This document shows positions 48,724 to 60,599 of a stretch of DNA of 64,000 nt, in pieces (position 1 is the stretch's first letter; every line of letters starts with the position of its first letter). A model generated the notes under the pieces. That model made no database searches and was not told the DNA's origin. It saw only the letters and a program-made list of their open reading frames with translations. A program made the position numbers and the translations under genes. The stretch spans positions 10,602,001-10,666,000 of the forward strand of contig JAWMAR010000034.1 in the NCBI GenBank assembly GCA_036785375.1, in the 5' to 3' direction. The stretch comes from Leucoraja ocellata (Eukaryota).

Positions 48724-49996
48724 GTAAGAGGGAAAAAAGAGCAATTTCTCTGGGATTTTCACTGCCTATTTTATATCGATACAAAATAATGGTGCAACAT
48801 TAAAGTGTTAAGATGCAATAGTGCTGCAAAAATTCTGTCTTCAAGTACCAACAGTCATCGACGGTTAATCATAGCAACCTATGTGTTGTTTCTCTTGCTG
48901 AATGATCAAATGTTCATCTTAGATCTAATGTTCTTGGTCGGAATATTTCAGCAGTTTTGAAATAATTCTGTTCCCGAGATCCACTTAAGTTTTCTTTTAA
49001 GTTTTAAAATTGTAGTGTTGAGATCAGGTTTTTTTTAAATCTGTGTATCTCCTCTCATGCACATCCTTTCAATGTGACACAACTCCTGAATCCCTAGACT
49101 GCATTTCCACTAAAATGCTGACCAACTAGCTTCCCTTCCTGGCCTCATGGATTCCTCTCTGCAGGTACTGTTTCCGCACTGAAATGTATTGTCATCGGCC
49201 TCTCAGAAATAAGTTCCTCTACTCCTCTCACCACCACCCTGCTTTTCCCCTTCCCCTCCCTCTCACCCCTCAATCTTTGACAATTATTTTTTGGAGGATA
49301 AAGGAAAGAGAAGTGATGTTTCTCAATTTATTTTTGTTTCTTTCCCATAGTTTGAGTTCTTCAGGACATAATTTAACATTAGTTGTTTCAACAAACAATA
49401 GCTTGCAAGTGAAGAAATGACAGAAAACATATAGATGGCAGTGAAAGTTTTAATATTTGGAGCATGTCAAATCTAATGGCTTTTTTAAGCTTTTGAATGC
49501 CTTTGTAGGTTTTCAGACCCATATTTGAAATGGAAACGGGGACAGTTTACTTAGTAAGAATTATGCTGAAAGCGAGGAGGTTTGAAACATTTCTACGCAT
49601 GTAGGAAGATTAAACACAGCTTTTGAACTTGTTTATATACACAATTTGGAACATACATATACATTTTACCAATTTTGTTATTAACATAAAACATTAAACT
49701 ACAAAGGAGTGCATTCAGACTTTTTTTGCATATTTCAAATATTTAATAAAATAAATTAATTTTGGTGTCTCCTATCTGAATATCAGAGCACTATTCTGCA
49801 GGAAAATCCCCTACACAAACAATAATTAACCTAAGAGTTAAGGTCAGTACGCAATTAAACCCAACTTCTGTTTGCTTCTGGAAGTTATTATGAAATGTTA
49901 CCTCACTCAAGAAATATTAAGCCTGGATGGTGAAGCAGTATTAGTAGTATAACAATGTGAGCTTCCTTCTTCACAATTGAACCAATCACCTTACAC

Positions 49997-50197
49997 CAGG
50001 AGTTCCCAACCTTTCTTGTCCCGTTTACCCCAGGCAACTTTAATAGCACATTACAATGTTATTTCATTTATTTATGAACAACTAATGATGAACAGATACC
50101 GGTATGCCAGAACCAAACACAGTCAGTCAATGAGAAACAATATGTACAAATCCAGAATCAACAAATTTACCCCCTGGGTAGGCAACATTTACCCAGG
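49997..50197. mobile_element. hAT (Charlie-like) MITE lacking its right TIR
   Basis: Starts CAGGAGTTCCCAACC (Charlie-type TIR); subterminal TTTACCCC repeats at both ends. Confidence 0.55.
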
Positions 50198-50359
50198 TAA
50201 TTTTTCTACCGAAATGTATAAAAATGGCCTTTATTAAAATCTGTCAATGTGCACTTTAACCACATGTGATTTTTTTTCTCTTACAAATCTCAAATTGTGG
50301 AGTACAGAGACAAATAAATAAATGATGGGTCTTTGTCCCAAACATTATGGAGGGCACTG
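50198..50359 (+). mobile_element. Solo outer right TIR of the same Tc1 family as 25395-26601
   Basis: Reverse complement of 25395-25545, ending CCCAAACATTATGGAGGGCACTG|TA. Confidence 0.9.
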
Positions 50360-50610
50360 TACTCAAGTGTGTAACAAACTAATGATTGTACTTTTCCACA
50401 GGCATTATCCTAATCTGCTGAGTTGTTTTTTTTGCAGCATTGTTTTTGTTCAGTTCTAGTGAATAGGCCATTTGCTTGGTTTATTTATACATAATTGCTT
50501 GGCTCAAATTTAAGATATGGGATGATAATTGAAAGGATAACTTTACAAATTACAGTTGACCTCTTGGACAGCCTTCCATCTAACTTGACCTGTGTTTGCA
50601 CCTTACATAG

Positions 50611-50684
50611 CAAATGGAACGATTCTTCCCATGGTTTAGTGTGAAGGAGTCCAAGTTCTGGGAGCCCAATAAGGTCACTCCAAA
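50611..50684 (+). CDS. KMT2A: KMT2A exon 18
   Basis: QMERFFPWFSVKESKFWEPNKVTP; AA|GTGAGT donor; 74 nt. Confidence 0.95.
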
Positions 50685-51269
50685 GTGAGTATTATTAGTA
50701 TTATTGGCCATTGTGTAAAATAAGGTAGTATGTTTCTTGTTTTAATTTTGATTTGTGACACTAAAGCCTGAAGCTGTGAAACTACCCAATCTCTGAAATG
50801 TTGAGCTTTTCATTATTCCTGCCGGTGGAGACTGACTACAATATGCACAAGCAAGGATCCATCAGACATTTGCATTATGACCACATTTGAACTTCCAATG
50901 CCATTCTGTCAACCTTACCCCCCCCCCCCCCCCCCATCAATTACATACGTTTGAGATTTGCATTCTTATTTGAGACAAATGACAATTTGAATGAATTATG
51001 GATAAGAACAATCAAAACTTGATTTGGGGATTTAGAAATGTACACACGAGCATCTTAATTTAACAGCAATATGGGTCTGAATCAAAAAGATAGAAGTTCA
51101 AGATGTGGAGGATGGGATGGGAAAAGACTTGTGGCAATGCAGATTACTTTCATCGCATCATCTGTTTTTGAGGCGCTTTTTTGTAATTAGGGTCTGGGGG
51201 TGAGGTGGTTTGAAGATAACAACTAAACAGTTTTGGAAGATGTTGGACGGAAGGGGGAGATTGCCTCTT

Positions 51270-51615
51270 AGAGAGAAACCATAGCAATCTGGTCAGTGCC
51301 ATCTCGACAGGCTCGGTTGTTCAGATTCAAGTGTATGTGAGCGCCAGAGATAGGGGGTTCTCTAGCCAGTGACACAAATAGACTGTCTGGGGCCAGACAA
51401 GACTCCAGGATGGAACACACTGCCAGGGAGGTGGTGGAAATACATATGATAGCAGCATTTGAGAGGCATTTGAGAGGCATTTAGACAGATGCATAAACAG
51501 ACAGGGCATAGAGAGACAAAGGCCATGTACAGGCTTATGTCGATTAGTGAGGTTGGCATGGTCAGCACAGCCATGGTGGGCCAAAGGGGCAGACGTTGTG
51601 CTGTTCTATTTTCTA
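51270..51615 (+). mobile_element. CR1 LINE 3' fragment
   Basis: TGGAACACACTGCCAGGGAGGTGGTGGA...GGCATTTAGACAG...GGTGGGCCAAAGGG; internal 12-bp tandem duplication. Confidence 0.7.
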
Positions 51616-52962
51616 TTGATACCAATTAGGGACAGGATTGGAGACTTAATAGAAGTGGGACTTCAATCACTGACAGAAATGAAATTGTATTTCTTAACAT
51701 GGGACAATAATGGAAAGTGGTATCAGAATTGAGGACAGGACGGTTGATTTGAATCTTCAGTGAGGTAGAAGGACTGGAATGATAATTGGAATTTTAGCCA
51801 GAGAGGAATGCATTTTTATATCCTACATTGGCACAGAAATAAAGAATGGCTTTTAGTCAGGCACTGGCAGGATTGTAGATTAAAATGTGGAACTAGGTCA
51901 GGAATGCAGATTGAATGTTTCTGGCATTGACGGCAGGAAAACTGATTTCCCAGCAGCTTTTTTTCGTGCTTCATTTTAGTGCTTCCTGTTCAGAATTACA
52001 AAATGCCTCAAAACAAGTTTAAAAAAATCAATATTGAGAATATGATTTAGTCACAGGATTTAAATATGTATCAATGTATAGTATCATGTAAAATCCCCAC
52101 TCTGTCAACAGAAGTTTGAAAACCAGTTCTGCGTGTCGTGTTTCAGCTTAATATTTCTATTATATGAGATTCTATTGGCTTTCTGCTGACTGGTTAGCAC
52201 GCAACAAAATGCTTTTCACTGTACCAATACACGTGACATTAACCTAAACTAAACTGAACTCTTGACTGGATTTTGGCACTGTAATTTCCTGTAAAGGATT
52301 AATAAAGGTTATTATATTATATGGTTAATTGTCAGACAATTCAATGAAACATAATTGGCTTAGTAACAGCAGTATGACATTTGACTTTACACTAGCTGAA
52401 TACTGAACTACTTCCTTCAAGATAGTGTTAAGTCATTCCCATTCCATGTTACTTGTGTGGTAGTTTCCTTTTTTTGGGCCACAGAGCTAGGAGTGGAAAT
52501 TACAAGTTTCTGCTCTTGCTGGAAATGCGTTTGTGCAAAGGTCTGATAAGGATTGGAGTGAATTTAGTTGTAATGCCCATGCGGCATTTGGCGTCGTTTA
52601 TGCTTGTGCCCTAATACTGGCTATTGCAATGGTATATGAATTTGCATTTAGTGGAAATATATTGCAGAGATAAGTAACCAACTCATGTGAATTGAAGTGA
52701 AGAAAATTGGCCAAAAAAGGAGAATACAGAGATGGGATATGGCCCATTCAGTTTGTATTATCATGAACTGAACTTAATTTCTTCCCTGTGACGTCTTTTC
52801 TTTAAAATGTGGAGATAATTACCTGTATTTGGTGGTTTGTGGATGGGCCATCAGATCTTCCTAACAGACTGCTGGGCACACCATTAACATACCACAAAAT
52901 AGATTAAAGTGCTTCTGAGTTCAATAGAGCAAATATTAATTGTTGAATCTAATGTATTTCAG

Positions 52963-53159
52963 TAGCGGAATGCTTCCCAATGCCGTGTTGCCACCATCAT
53001 CTGATCACAACTATGCTCAGTGGCAAGAGAGGGATGACTGCACACGTACTGAACAGCCTGCGCTTACTAAGAAGATTATCCCAGCACCGCAGCCAAAAGG
53101 ACCCGGAGATCCAGACTCGCCGGTTCCTCTCCCCGCGCCCCCACTTGCAATAACAGCAG
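52963..53159 (+). CDS. KMT2A: KMT2A exon 19 (HCF1-binding DHNY motif)
   Basis: SGMLPNAVLPPSSDHNYAQWQER...KKIIPAPQPKGPGDPDSP; CAGTAG acceptor, GCAG|GTATAA donor; 197 nt. Confidence 0.93.
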
Positions 53160-54041
53160 GTATAACTTAAATCTTAATACCATGCTACATTTTTTCTTTG
53201 CATAGAGATATGAAACAGAGCATGGTGAATGGAGTTAAGATGGTTCGGGTGCAATTTTACTGGATGAAGAAAATAAAGGGGTTGAATGGGCTATTGTTAT
53301 TGTTTAAATGAATTCCTGGCTGCAAAGGAGCTTGGGGCCGGTGATTAGTCTCCTTGGTACTGGAGTTTGAATTACATGGCATTTCTCTTGTCTCCCTCGC
53401 TCCAAGATCTGCTTGGTATAAAATTAAAATCTGTCCCAGCCACAGCCAATCTGAACCTGAGCCAAACCCAAGGATGTAGCATTTTCTGGATAACTGAGCT
53501 AGACTCTGCTCACTACATTCTGAAGGTTTCAAACAGTCTTCAACAGACTGTTTAGTTGGCCGTTTGGGATGGGCTCAAGGTGTTTGTGGTGTCTCGTAGC
53601 TTATTTTGAAAGCATGCAATTCTAGTTTTGTGGTATGAGCTGCATATTGTAAATGACACGCTGGAGCATTTACTGTGCACGTTGGTCATCTAGTGGTCTG
53701 TAATGGTATTGTATTTTCAAAACAAGCTGTGAATGGAGATTTTCAAATTACAGAAAAAGACTTCTAATGCAAAATCTAGATTGAATGTTATCCTGCCGTC
53801 AACGCTGAGGGTTTTCTGCCTATTTGTTTTTAGTGAGCATAGTATATTAAAATTGTAATTTTCACATACTATCCTAAAACAAAGGGTGCATCAAAGGAGA
53901 GGGTATTTAAGAAAATGGAACCTTGTGTCTTCAATGCACCAAACACCAATGTTGGAACCACAGTCAATGTGGTTAGTAAAACCAGATCCCAGTTTGCTCG
54001 CTCGTGGCTGTGACATAATTTACAACGATGCTGCAGAAATT

Positions 54042-54143
54042 CTTCAGCAGTCTGAAGAAGGGTTTCGGCCCGAAACGTCGCCTATTTTCTTCGCTCCATA
54101 GATGCTGCTGCACCCGCTGAGTTTCTCCAGCAATTTTGTGTAC
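54042..54143 (+). mobile_element. Penelope-like pLTR repeat, 102 bp, with TSD
   Basis: 11-bp direct repeat CTGCAGAAATT at 54031-54041 and 54144-54154. Confidence 0.85.
54050..54082 (+). ncRNA. Minimal hammerhead ribozyme motif (UUCG-loop variant)
   Basis: GU CUGAAGA A GGGU-UUCG-GCCC GAAA CGUC GCC; core intact, stem I weak (2 bp). Confidence 0.6.
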
Positions 54144-54699
54144 CTGCAGAAATTAATGCCTGCTGAGCCCTGGTTGTGTTCTGCTCTTATGTTAGTGTGA
54201 TCACACTGATAACTGGTCAACAGATAAGTGAAAATGCAATTGCCCCAATAGAAGACTGATTGTTTCTGATTAAGGTGGCTGGTTGTCCCCTTTTGTCCTG
54301 CAATTTAAAAGACATTCTTCTATTCAACCTTTGGAAGAATCACAGTGTGGTGTAGGCAGGAGCATAGCCGATAAAGATGCTGGAACCCGTAATGCTATAA
54401 TTACAAGCTAGTAAGAGTATTGGAGCTTGACTCCAGTGGAACTCACAGATCTTAAATAGCAGCCCATTTGTCTTTCTGTGTGAAACTCGATTAAAACCCG
54501 CAAATTACACTCAATTCAAAGCCTGGAACTAAATATAGATCAAATCATAACACAGCTGGTATTTATTTTGTGATTCTTTCATTTTATCTTCTTTCTGCAT
54601 CCATTGACCGGCAAATGCCCATGAAATCTAAATGCAAAAAATTGCTTTGCATTAAGAGTGAGTCATTAAATATTTTTCTAAGAATGAGGCGAGTCCTGA

Positions 54700-55210
54700 T
54701 CTCACTCCCCAAAGCCTTTCCAGCGTTTGCAAGGCTCAAGTCGGAAGCATGATGGAATAGTCTCCACTTGCCTGGATGAATGAAGCTTAAGAAGCTCTAC
54801 ACCCTGCAGGATGTAGCAGCCCTTGCGATTAGCACCCCATTCACTCACTCCATTGCCGATTCACGGTAGCAGCAGTTGTACCATCTACAGAATGCACTAC
54901 AGCAACTTGGCAAGATTCCTTACATGGCATCTTCCAAACTCACCAGGCCTTTACCAGCTAGAAGGAAGAGAACACCATCACCTGGATGTTGCACTCCAAG
55001 CCACACACAATTCTAGCTTGGAGATATATTGCTGTTCCTTCCCCAGTGCTGGGTCAAAATCCTGGAACACTCTCCCTAACAGTGTTGCAGGTATACCACA
55101 CCTTGAGGGATGCACTGTTCAAAAAGGACGTTCACTAGCACCCTCTCAAGGACATTAGGGATGGTCAATAAAATGCTGGCTCAGCCTACAAAGCCAATAG
55201 CCCTTTCATG
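54700..55210 (+). mobile_element. Old CR1/L2-group LINE 3' fragment
   Basis: CAAGGCTCAAGTCGGAAGCATGATGGAATAGTCTCCACTTGCCTGGATG...TCCTGGAACACTCTCCCTAACAG...AATAAAATGCTGGC; related minus-strand piece at about 32230-32460. Confidence 0.6.
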
Positions 55211-56059
55211 TAAGAAAAACTCCCCTGTGGGCCCGCGGATAGATATTCTTATTTTTGATATACAAAACATTGTCCTTTTGAAAGTTACTGCAGAATCAGC
55301 TTTCCCAGCACCCTACCAGTCAGCATGTACTGATCATCATTAAATTATTATCCTCAGGTTTGCAAAAAAATATTGATCTTCAATCTATCATCTGGTTACC
55401 AGTCCTTTTATTTCAAGATGATGTTGGTGCTTCACTTTCAGCATCTTTGTTAAATGTCTGCCATCTCCTTGGAAGAACAATCAGTGACCTTTAACTTTCA
55501 GTACTATATCAATTGCCACTAAACAACTGAGAAGCAATTGCTGCTATCAGTCCAGATCTGGAAGAAGTGGACGGAATACATACTTATCTTCCATCCCAGC
55601 ATCTTGCCAACAGAATTTATTTGTTCTTGTCACTTAACTGAATTAATGGAAGATCCCTGCAGTTAATTCTGTTAAAACACTAGTTACCTACCTTCAACCC
55701 TTACGCCCAGTCCTGAGACCACCATGACATTGAGTGCTTCTGTTGCCTGCAGCTGGCATTTTTCTGTAGTAAGGAGTCCTTGCCACTAAGTGATGATCCC
55801 TTCTTTCATCTCCAACACTGTGCCGCCTGAGTTTGTCCATATTTTGTGGGGGGGTTTTTGTCTCATGGATTTTGAGTGTACCCAGGCAAATACCAATTCT
55901 GACCAACAGTTGACAGAATATTTTGGTCAGTTCATTTCAAACTTGGTAGCATCTTGTGGAAGTTTTGAAAGTGTCAAAGAGAGGAACATTTGGGATTAAT
56001 CATTGGCAATGTTAATTAAGTGAAGTATGAAGAAATAAAGTGCTTGTTTTCTTGGTAAG

Positions 56060-56166
56060 GCACGGACAGAAGTCGAGAAGAAAGCCCTGATATCGACCCT
56101 CCACCAGATGTCGAAGACAACAGGCAGTGTGTACTTTGCCTGAAGTATGGCGATGACAACAAAAAC
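56060..56166 (+). CDS. KMT2A: KMT2A exon 20 (ePHD4 start)
   Basis: GTDRSREESPDIDPPPDVEDNRQCVLCLKYGDDNKN; AAG acceptor, AAC|GTGAGT donor; 107 nt. Confidence 0.9.
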
Positions 56167-56318
56167 GTGAGTATCTGCAACCAATTTAAATTGAACAGTA
56201 TTTCATGAGAGTTATCGCAAAGAATATTTTAGATTGCACTAACTTACTATTGGGACACAGAGATTCCAGTGGTATTGTAAACCTAGAATTCAAGTATTGA
56301 TATAGCTGAACTTTCCAG

Positions 56319-56456
56319 GATTCTGGGCGTCTTCTGTACATCGGTCAGAATGAATGGACGCACATAAACTGTGCCTTGTGGTCAGCGGAAGTCTTTGAGG
56401 ATGATGACGGCTCGTTGAAGAATGTGCACATGGCTGTGATCAGAGGCAAACAACTG
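56319..56456 (+). CDS. KMT2A: KMT2A exon 21 (ePHD4)
   Basis: DSGRLLYIGQNEWTHINCALWSAEVFEDDDGSLKNVHMAVIRGKQL; 138 nt. Confidence 0.97.
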
Positions 56457-56713
56457 GTGAGCTATTATTGGTTTATTGTACAGAGATCCAGTGGAAAAAC
56501 TTTGCTTTGCCAGCTATCCAGCCAAATCGTACCGTATAGGAGTACAATCAACAGGTAGCGCTAAAAGAGAAAGGAACCCAAAGGTGCACCTCAGCACCAA
56601 TCCCCAAAAATACTCCGTCTGGATTAAATAAAGGGTCAAGGACTGATGTTCTCGCATTGATCTGTAAAGAGGACTGCTCAGACAAATAAACAGTACAACT
56701 GAGAGGATAAAAT

Positions 56714-56798
56714 AGTCACAAAGTGCTGGTGTAACTCAGGTAGCATCACTGAAGAAAATGGATAGATGACGTTTTGGGTCGGGACCCTTCTTTAGACT
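56714..56798 (-). mobile_element. Penelope-like pLTR repeat
   Basis: CACAAAGTGCTGGTGTAACTCAG...GATGACGTTTTGGGTCGGGACCCTTCTTTAGAC. Confidence 0.7.
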
Positions 56799-57329
56799 CG
56801 GAGAATAAAGTTAATTTGATTGTTGAAGAAATTCTTTATATTTCACTGCATATACTTTATATCCACAAAGGGTGCTTTTACGCTAGTGATGTTCCTTGTC
56901 ATCCTTTCCAATCTGTAGGGTGCAATATAATAGATTAGTTAGTAATTGCATTATAATGATATAAATAACAAAATGAACAGTAAATAACAAAAACATGTTT
57001 TTAACCAAGTCTTGAGCAATGAAGTATAAATCTCCTAAGAAGAGAACAGTTACTATCTGGAATCTTATTAATCTTGATTACTAATCATTCTCTACATATG
57101 CTGTACAGATAAATCACTCTGGAACAAAAAAAAGGCGGTATTTAGCACAGAGCACTCATGGGGAACAAGTTCAAAGGAGCAACCTTTGTCTCTGATGGTG
57201 ATTTTATACCATTGCCCCAGAGTCAAACTTTAGCAAGCTATTTCATCACAAATGACAGTCCAAAGTTTCCAATAATGCAACAAAGATCTGATGTTTAATA
57301 GCCAATGTCAATTCATCCTTTTGTTTCAG

Positions 57330-57488
57330 CGTTGTGAACGATGTCAGAAATCCGGGGCGACTGTTGGCTGCTGCCTTACATCTTGCCAGAGCAACTATCA
57401 CTTCATGTGTGCTCGAGCAAAGAACTGTGTCTTCCTGGATGACAAGAAAGTATATTGTCAGCGACATAAAGATCTGGTCAAGGGAGAG
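57330..57488 (+). CDS. KMT2A: KMT2A exon 22 (PHD4)
   Basis: RCERCQKSGATVGCCLTSCQSNYHFMCARAKNCVFLDDKKVYCQRHKDLVKGE; 159 nt. Confidence 0.97.
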
Positions 57489-58164
57489 GTAGGTTCAAGG
57501 TATATGAGCAATTTACCTCAATAATTCCGTCCATCAATGGAAGCATCTACTGGCAGTGCAAGTCCCAAAGAATAGTATGATGGAGTAGGGCTGATCATGA
57601 ATTGGGGCTGTAGAAAAGTGTTTTTCCTCCATTTGTTAAAGGAAAACCCTTCTGAATGATTGAATTTGTTTCAACCAAGAAATTAACATAGCTTTTAAGA
57701 CCAATTTGCCATCAAGCTGGTGCTACTGGATCTTTCATGAGAAACTAAAATATGTTCTACACCCCCTTATGAGATCATTTGATTCTCATAGTGCTCAGAG
57801 TATAGGATATTGGTATAGGATGGAGAAGGCCTGTTGATGTTAGACATTCATATTTGATCTTGGTCTGAAGAGGTGACTACACATTCTCGTATTTCCTTTG
57901 TCCTTATGGGCCATCAATATCTTCATCAGACATTGCTCATTGGCCAGCACTCTGGTCTGAGTCATGGTGTTGCGTTTGTCCCATTCAAACCTAACCATCA
58001 AGGTTGGCATTCCAGTACAATACTGAGACCATGCAGCATTGATAGAGGATTAGTTATTAAATCCTCTCTCTCTCTGGTAGGCATTAAATATCCCTTGATC
58101 TGTTCTTGCAGAATGGCACTAAAAACAGTTATGGTCATTATGACAGAGTTGAAAGCTTGCTGAG

Positions 58165-58592
58165 AATGCTAACATATGATGAGCGTTTGACAGCATTGGG
58201 CCTGTACTTGCTGGAGTTTAGAAGGATGAGGGGGGTGGCCTCATTGAAACGTACTGAATAGTGAAAGGCTTGGATAGAGTGGATGTGGAGAGGATGTTTC
58301 CACTAGTGGCAGAGACTAGGATTAGAGGTCACAGCCTCAGAATTAAAGGATGTTCCTTTACGAAGGAGATAAGGAGCAATTTCTTTAGTCAGAGGATGGT
58401 GATTCTGTGGAATTCTTTGCCACAGAACACTGGAGGCCAAGTCAATGAATATTTTTATGGTTCTTGATTAGTACGGGTGTCAGGGGTTATGGGAAGAAGG
58501 CAGGAGAATAGGGTTAGGAGGGAGAGATAGATCGGCCATGATTGAATGGCGGAGTGGACTTGATGGGTTGATTGGTCTAATTCTGCTCCTAT
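58165..58592 (+). mobile_element. CR1/HER1 LINE 3' end
   Basis: ORF 58261-58467 KGLDRVDVERMFPLVAETRIRGHSLRIKG...FFSQRMVILWNSLP is the CR1 ORF2 C-terminus, followed by the 3' UTR. Confidence 0.9.
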
Positions 58593-60049
58593 GGAGAAGC
58601 TACTTTGTGTATAGTACAACAGTGATTCTAATCAAAACTACTTGAGCCTGCAACAGTGTCCTTGTTGAACAAACATTCTGTGACATCAGTTTTGAAAATT
58701 TCCATCTTAATAACTTTTAGGAGGGAGTGTTCCAGATTTCCAGTATTCATTAGATGAAGCACTCATTTCTGAACCCCCCCTGGCCTACCATTTCTGATTT
58801 TAAGCATGATTTTGGATTATCCTCCCTGTCAACCTCAATCAATTCAAGCATTCATAGACTTTACCAACATGCTCAATGTTACTTTAAAAGATTCAGCTAG
58901 ATTTGTTAGACAGGACTTTCCCATTACTTTCTGATCAGCAGACATTTGTTCAAATACTTATCCACCTGTCCCAAATAAGAATTGGGAAAATAGGGATGTG
59001 ACTACTTCGGGTCAGGCAGCATATCTGGAGATAACCGGCTGAGTTACTCCAGCATATAATGTCCATCTTCAGTGTAAACCAGTATCTGCTGTTCCTTCCC
59101 ACACAGGGATATCATTTATGATATTTACAACTTTTCAATCTAGGGGATAATTCCTAATCAATATGGATTTGAGGATGGTCATAACTAGCATGTGAACAAT
59201 TGTCTCAGCTGCTTCCAGCACTTTAATATTGAAACTGATGTTCCATTAATTCCTCCACTTTTGATCTCAATAGTTTCTCTTGGCATTAACGATTTATTTC
59301 TAAACTTGTGTTGAATCTAATTAGATTCTCCCTTAGATTTATTTTTAGTTTCCTTATATCAAGGTTTTTTTTTATACTCTTACTCTTAAAATGAGGATTG
59401 CTAGAAATGTAGTTATTTAACAAGCCTACCTACTTTTGAATTTTAGAATACTTCAAATACCTTTAGGAAATCCACATAACTTTGTTTTTCTCTTGATATA
59501 TTTGTAAATTGTTTAGTGGGGGCTTGATATTCAGAGCAAGATGTTTTTGCAGTTCTTATCATCTTGTATACCGTTCGTTATTTATATCTCCCAATTCAAT
59601 TCCTGCTGCATTTTTTGAAAGAGCTACTCAGTTGGTCTCACTTTTCCATTGCTGAAATTGATTGTAACCATTTGTGACAGTGGAGACAAATAAAGTGACA
59701 CACGTGTACATGCCAATATCACTCTGAAGCAGCTAGTGCAAGATGTCTGAACTGTTTCTGTGGTTGAAGCTGATTTGTTTTCATTCATATTTTGAGAAAG
59801 GGTTTGACCACTGATAACAGGGTAATCGTAACTTGCCTTAATTGTGTTGTTTAAAAAATACACCACAGCTTGCGTGATTTTTTTGTCGGAGAAGTCTGAA
59901 TAGTAATTTTAGAGCCTTGAGTGAAACCTTATTATTTGGTTTGCAAGATGAATGTGGCGTTTAAATCTATTATTTTCTGTGTGGAGTGAAATGCTATGTG
60001 ATTATATGTTCCCACTCATTTCTAATGTAACATGCGATCTTTGTTGTAG

Positions 60050-60167
60050 ACTGTCGCTGAGGATGGATTTGAGGTGTTAAGGAGGATTTTCGTTGACTTT
60101 GAAGACATCACTCTAAGAAGGAAGTTTCTGACGGGCCTGGAGCCAGAGAGTATTCACATGATGATTG
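60050..60167 (+). CDS. KMT2A: KMT2A exon 23
   Basis: TVAEDGFEVLRRIFVDFEDITLRRKFLTGLEPESIHMMI; 118 nt. Confidence 0.96.
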
Positions 60168-60520
60168 GTTAGTATAACGGCAAAACATTGCATTTAAACA
60201 ATGACAGTATGTGAATATTAGGCAGGTGAGCAAATGGATGAGAGCACTTGTGTGAGTTAGGCTGGTCATCATTGTGACCACAGCTGATCTCAGATTTGAC
60301 TTGGTGTATTCTATGGGTCCACGCTGCAATTCCCAGATGTCCGATATGTACCATCTGGAACTTACTTAATTTTACGATGAATCAGTGAATGCTTGCACAG
60401 CACAAGGGGAAAAAGGCACCTGTGACTGGCTGACTTCTTGCAGCAGAGTAAACAACTGTTTTAACTATTTACTGATGAAGATTTCCCATAATATTAATTT
60501 TGTTCCATCCTTTAATCTAG

Positions 60521-60599
60521 GTTCCATGACAATAGATTCTTTGGGGATACTCAATGATCTTTCTGATTGTGAAGCAAAGCTTTTTCCCATTGGCTATCA
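60521..60599 (+). CDS. KMT2A: KMT2A exon 24 (FYRN)
   Basis: GSMTIDSLGILNDLSDCEAKLFPIGYQ; CA|GTAAGT donor; 79 nt. Confidence 0.96.
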
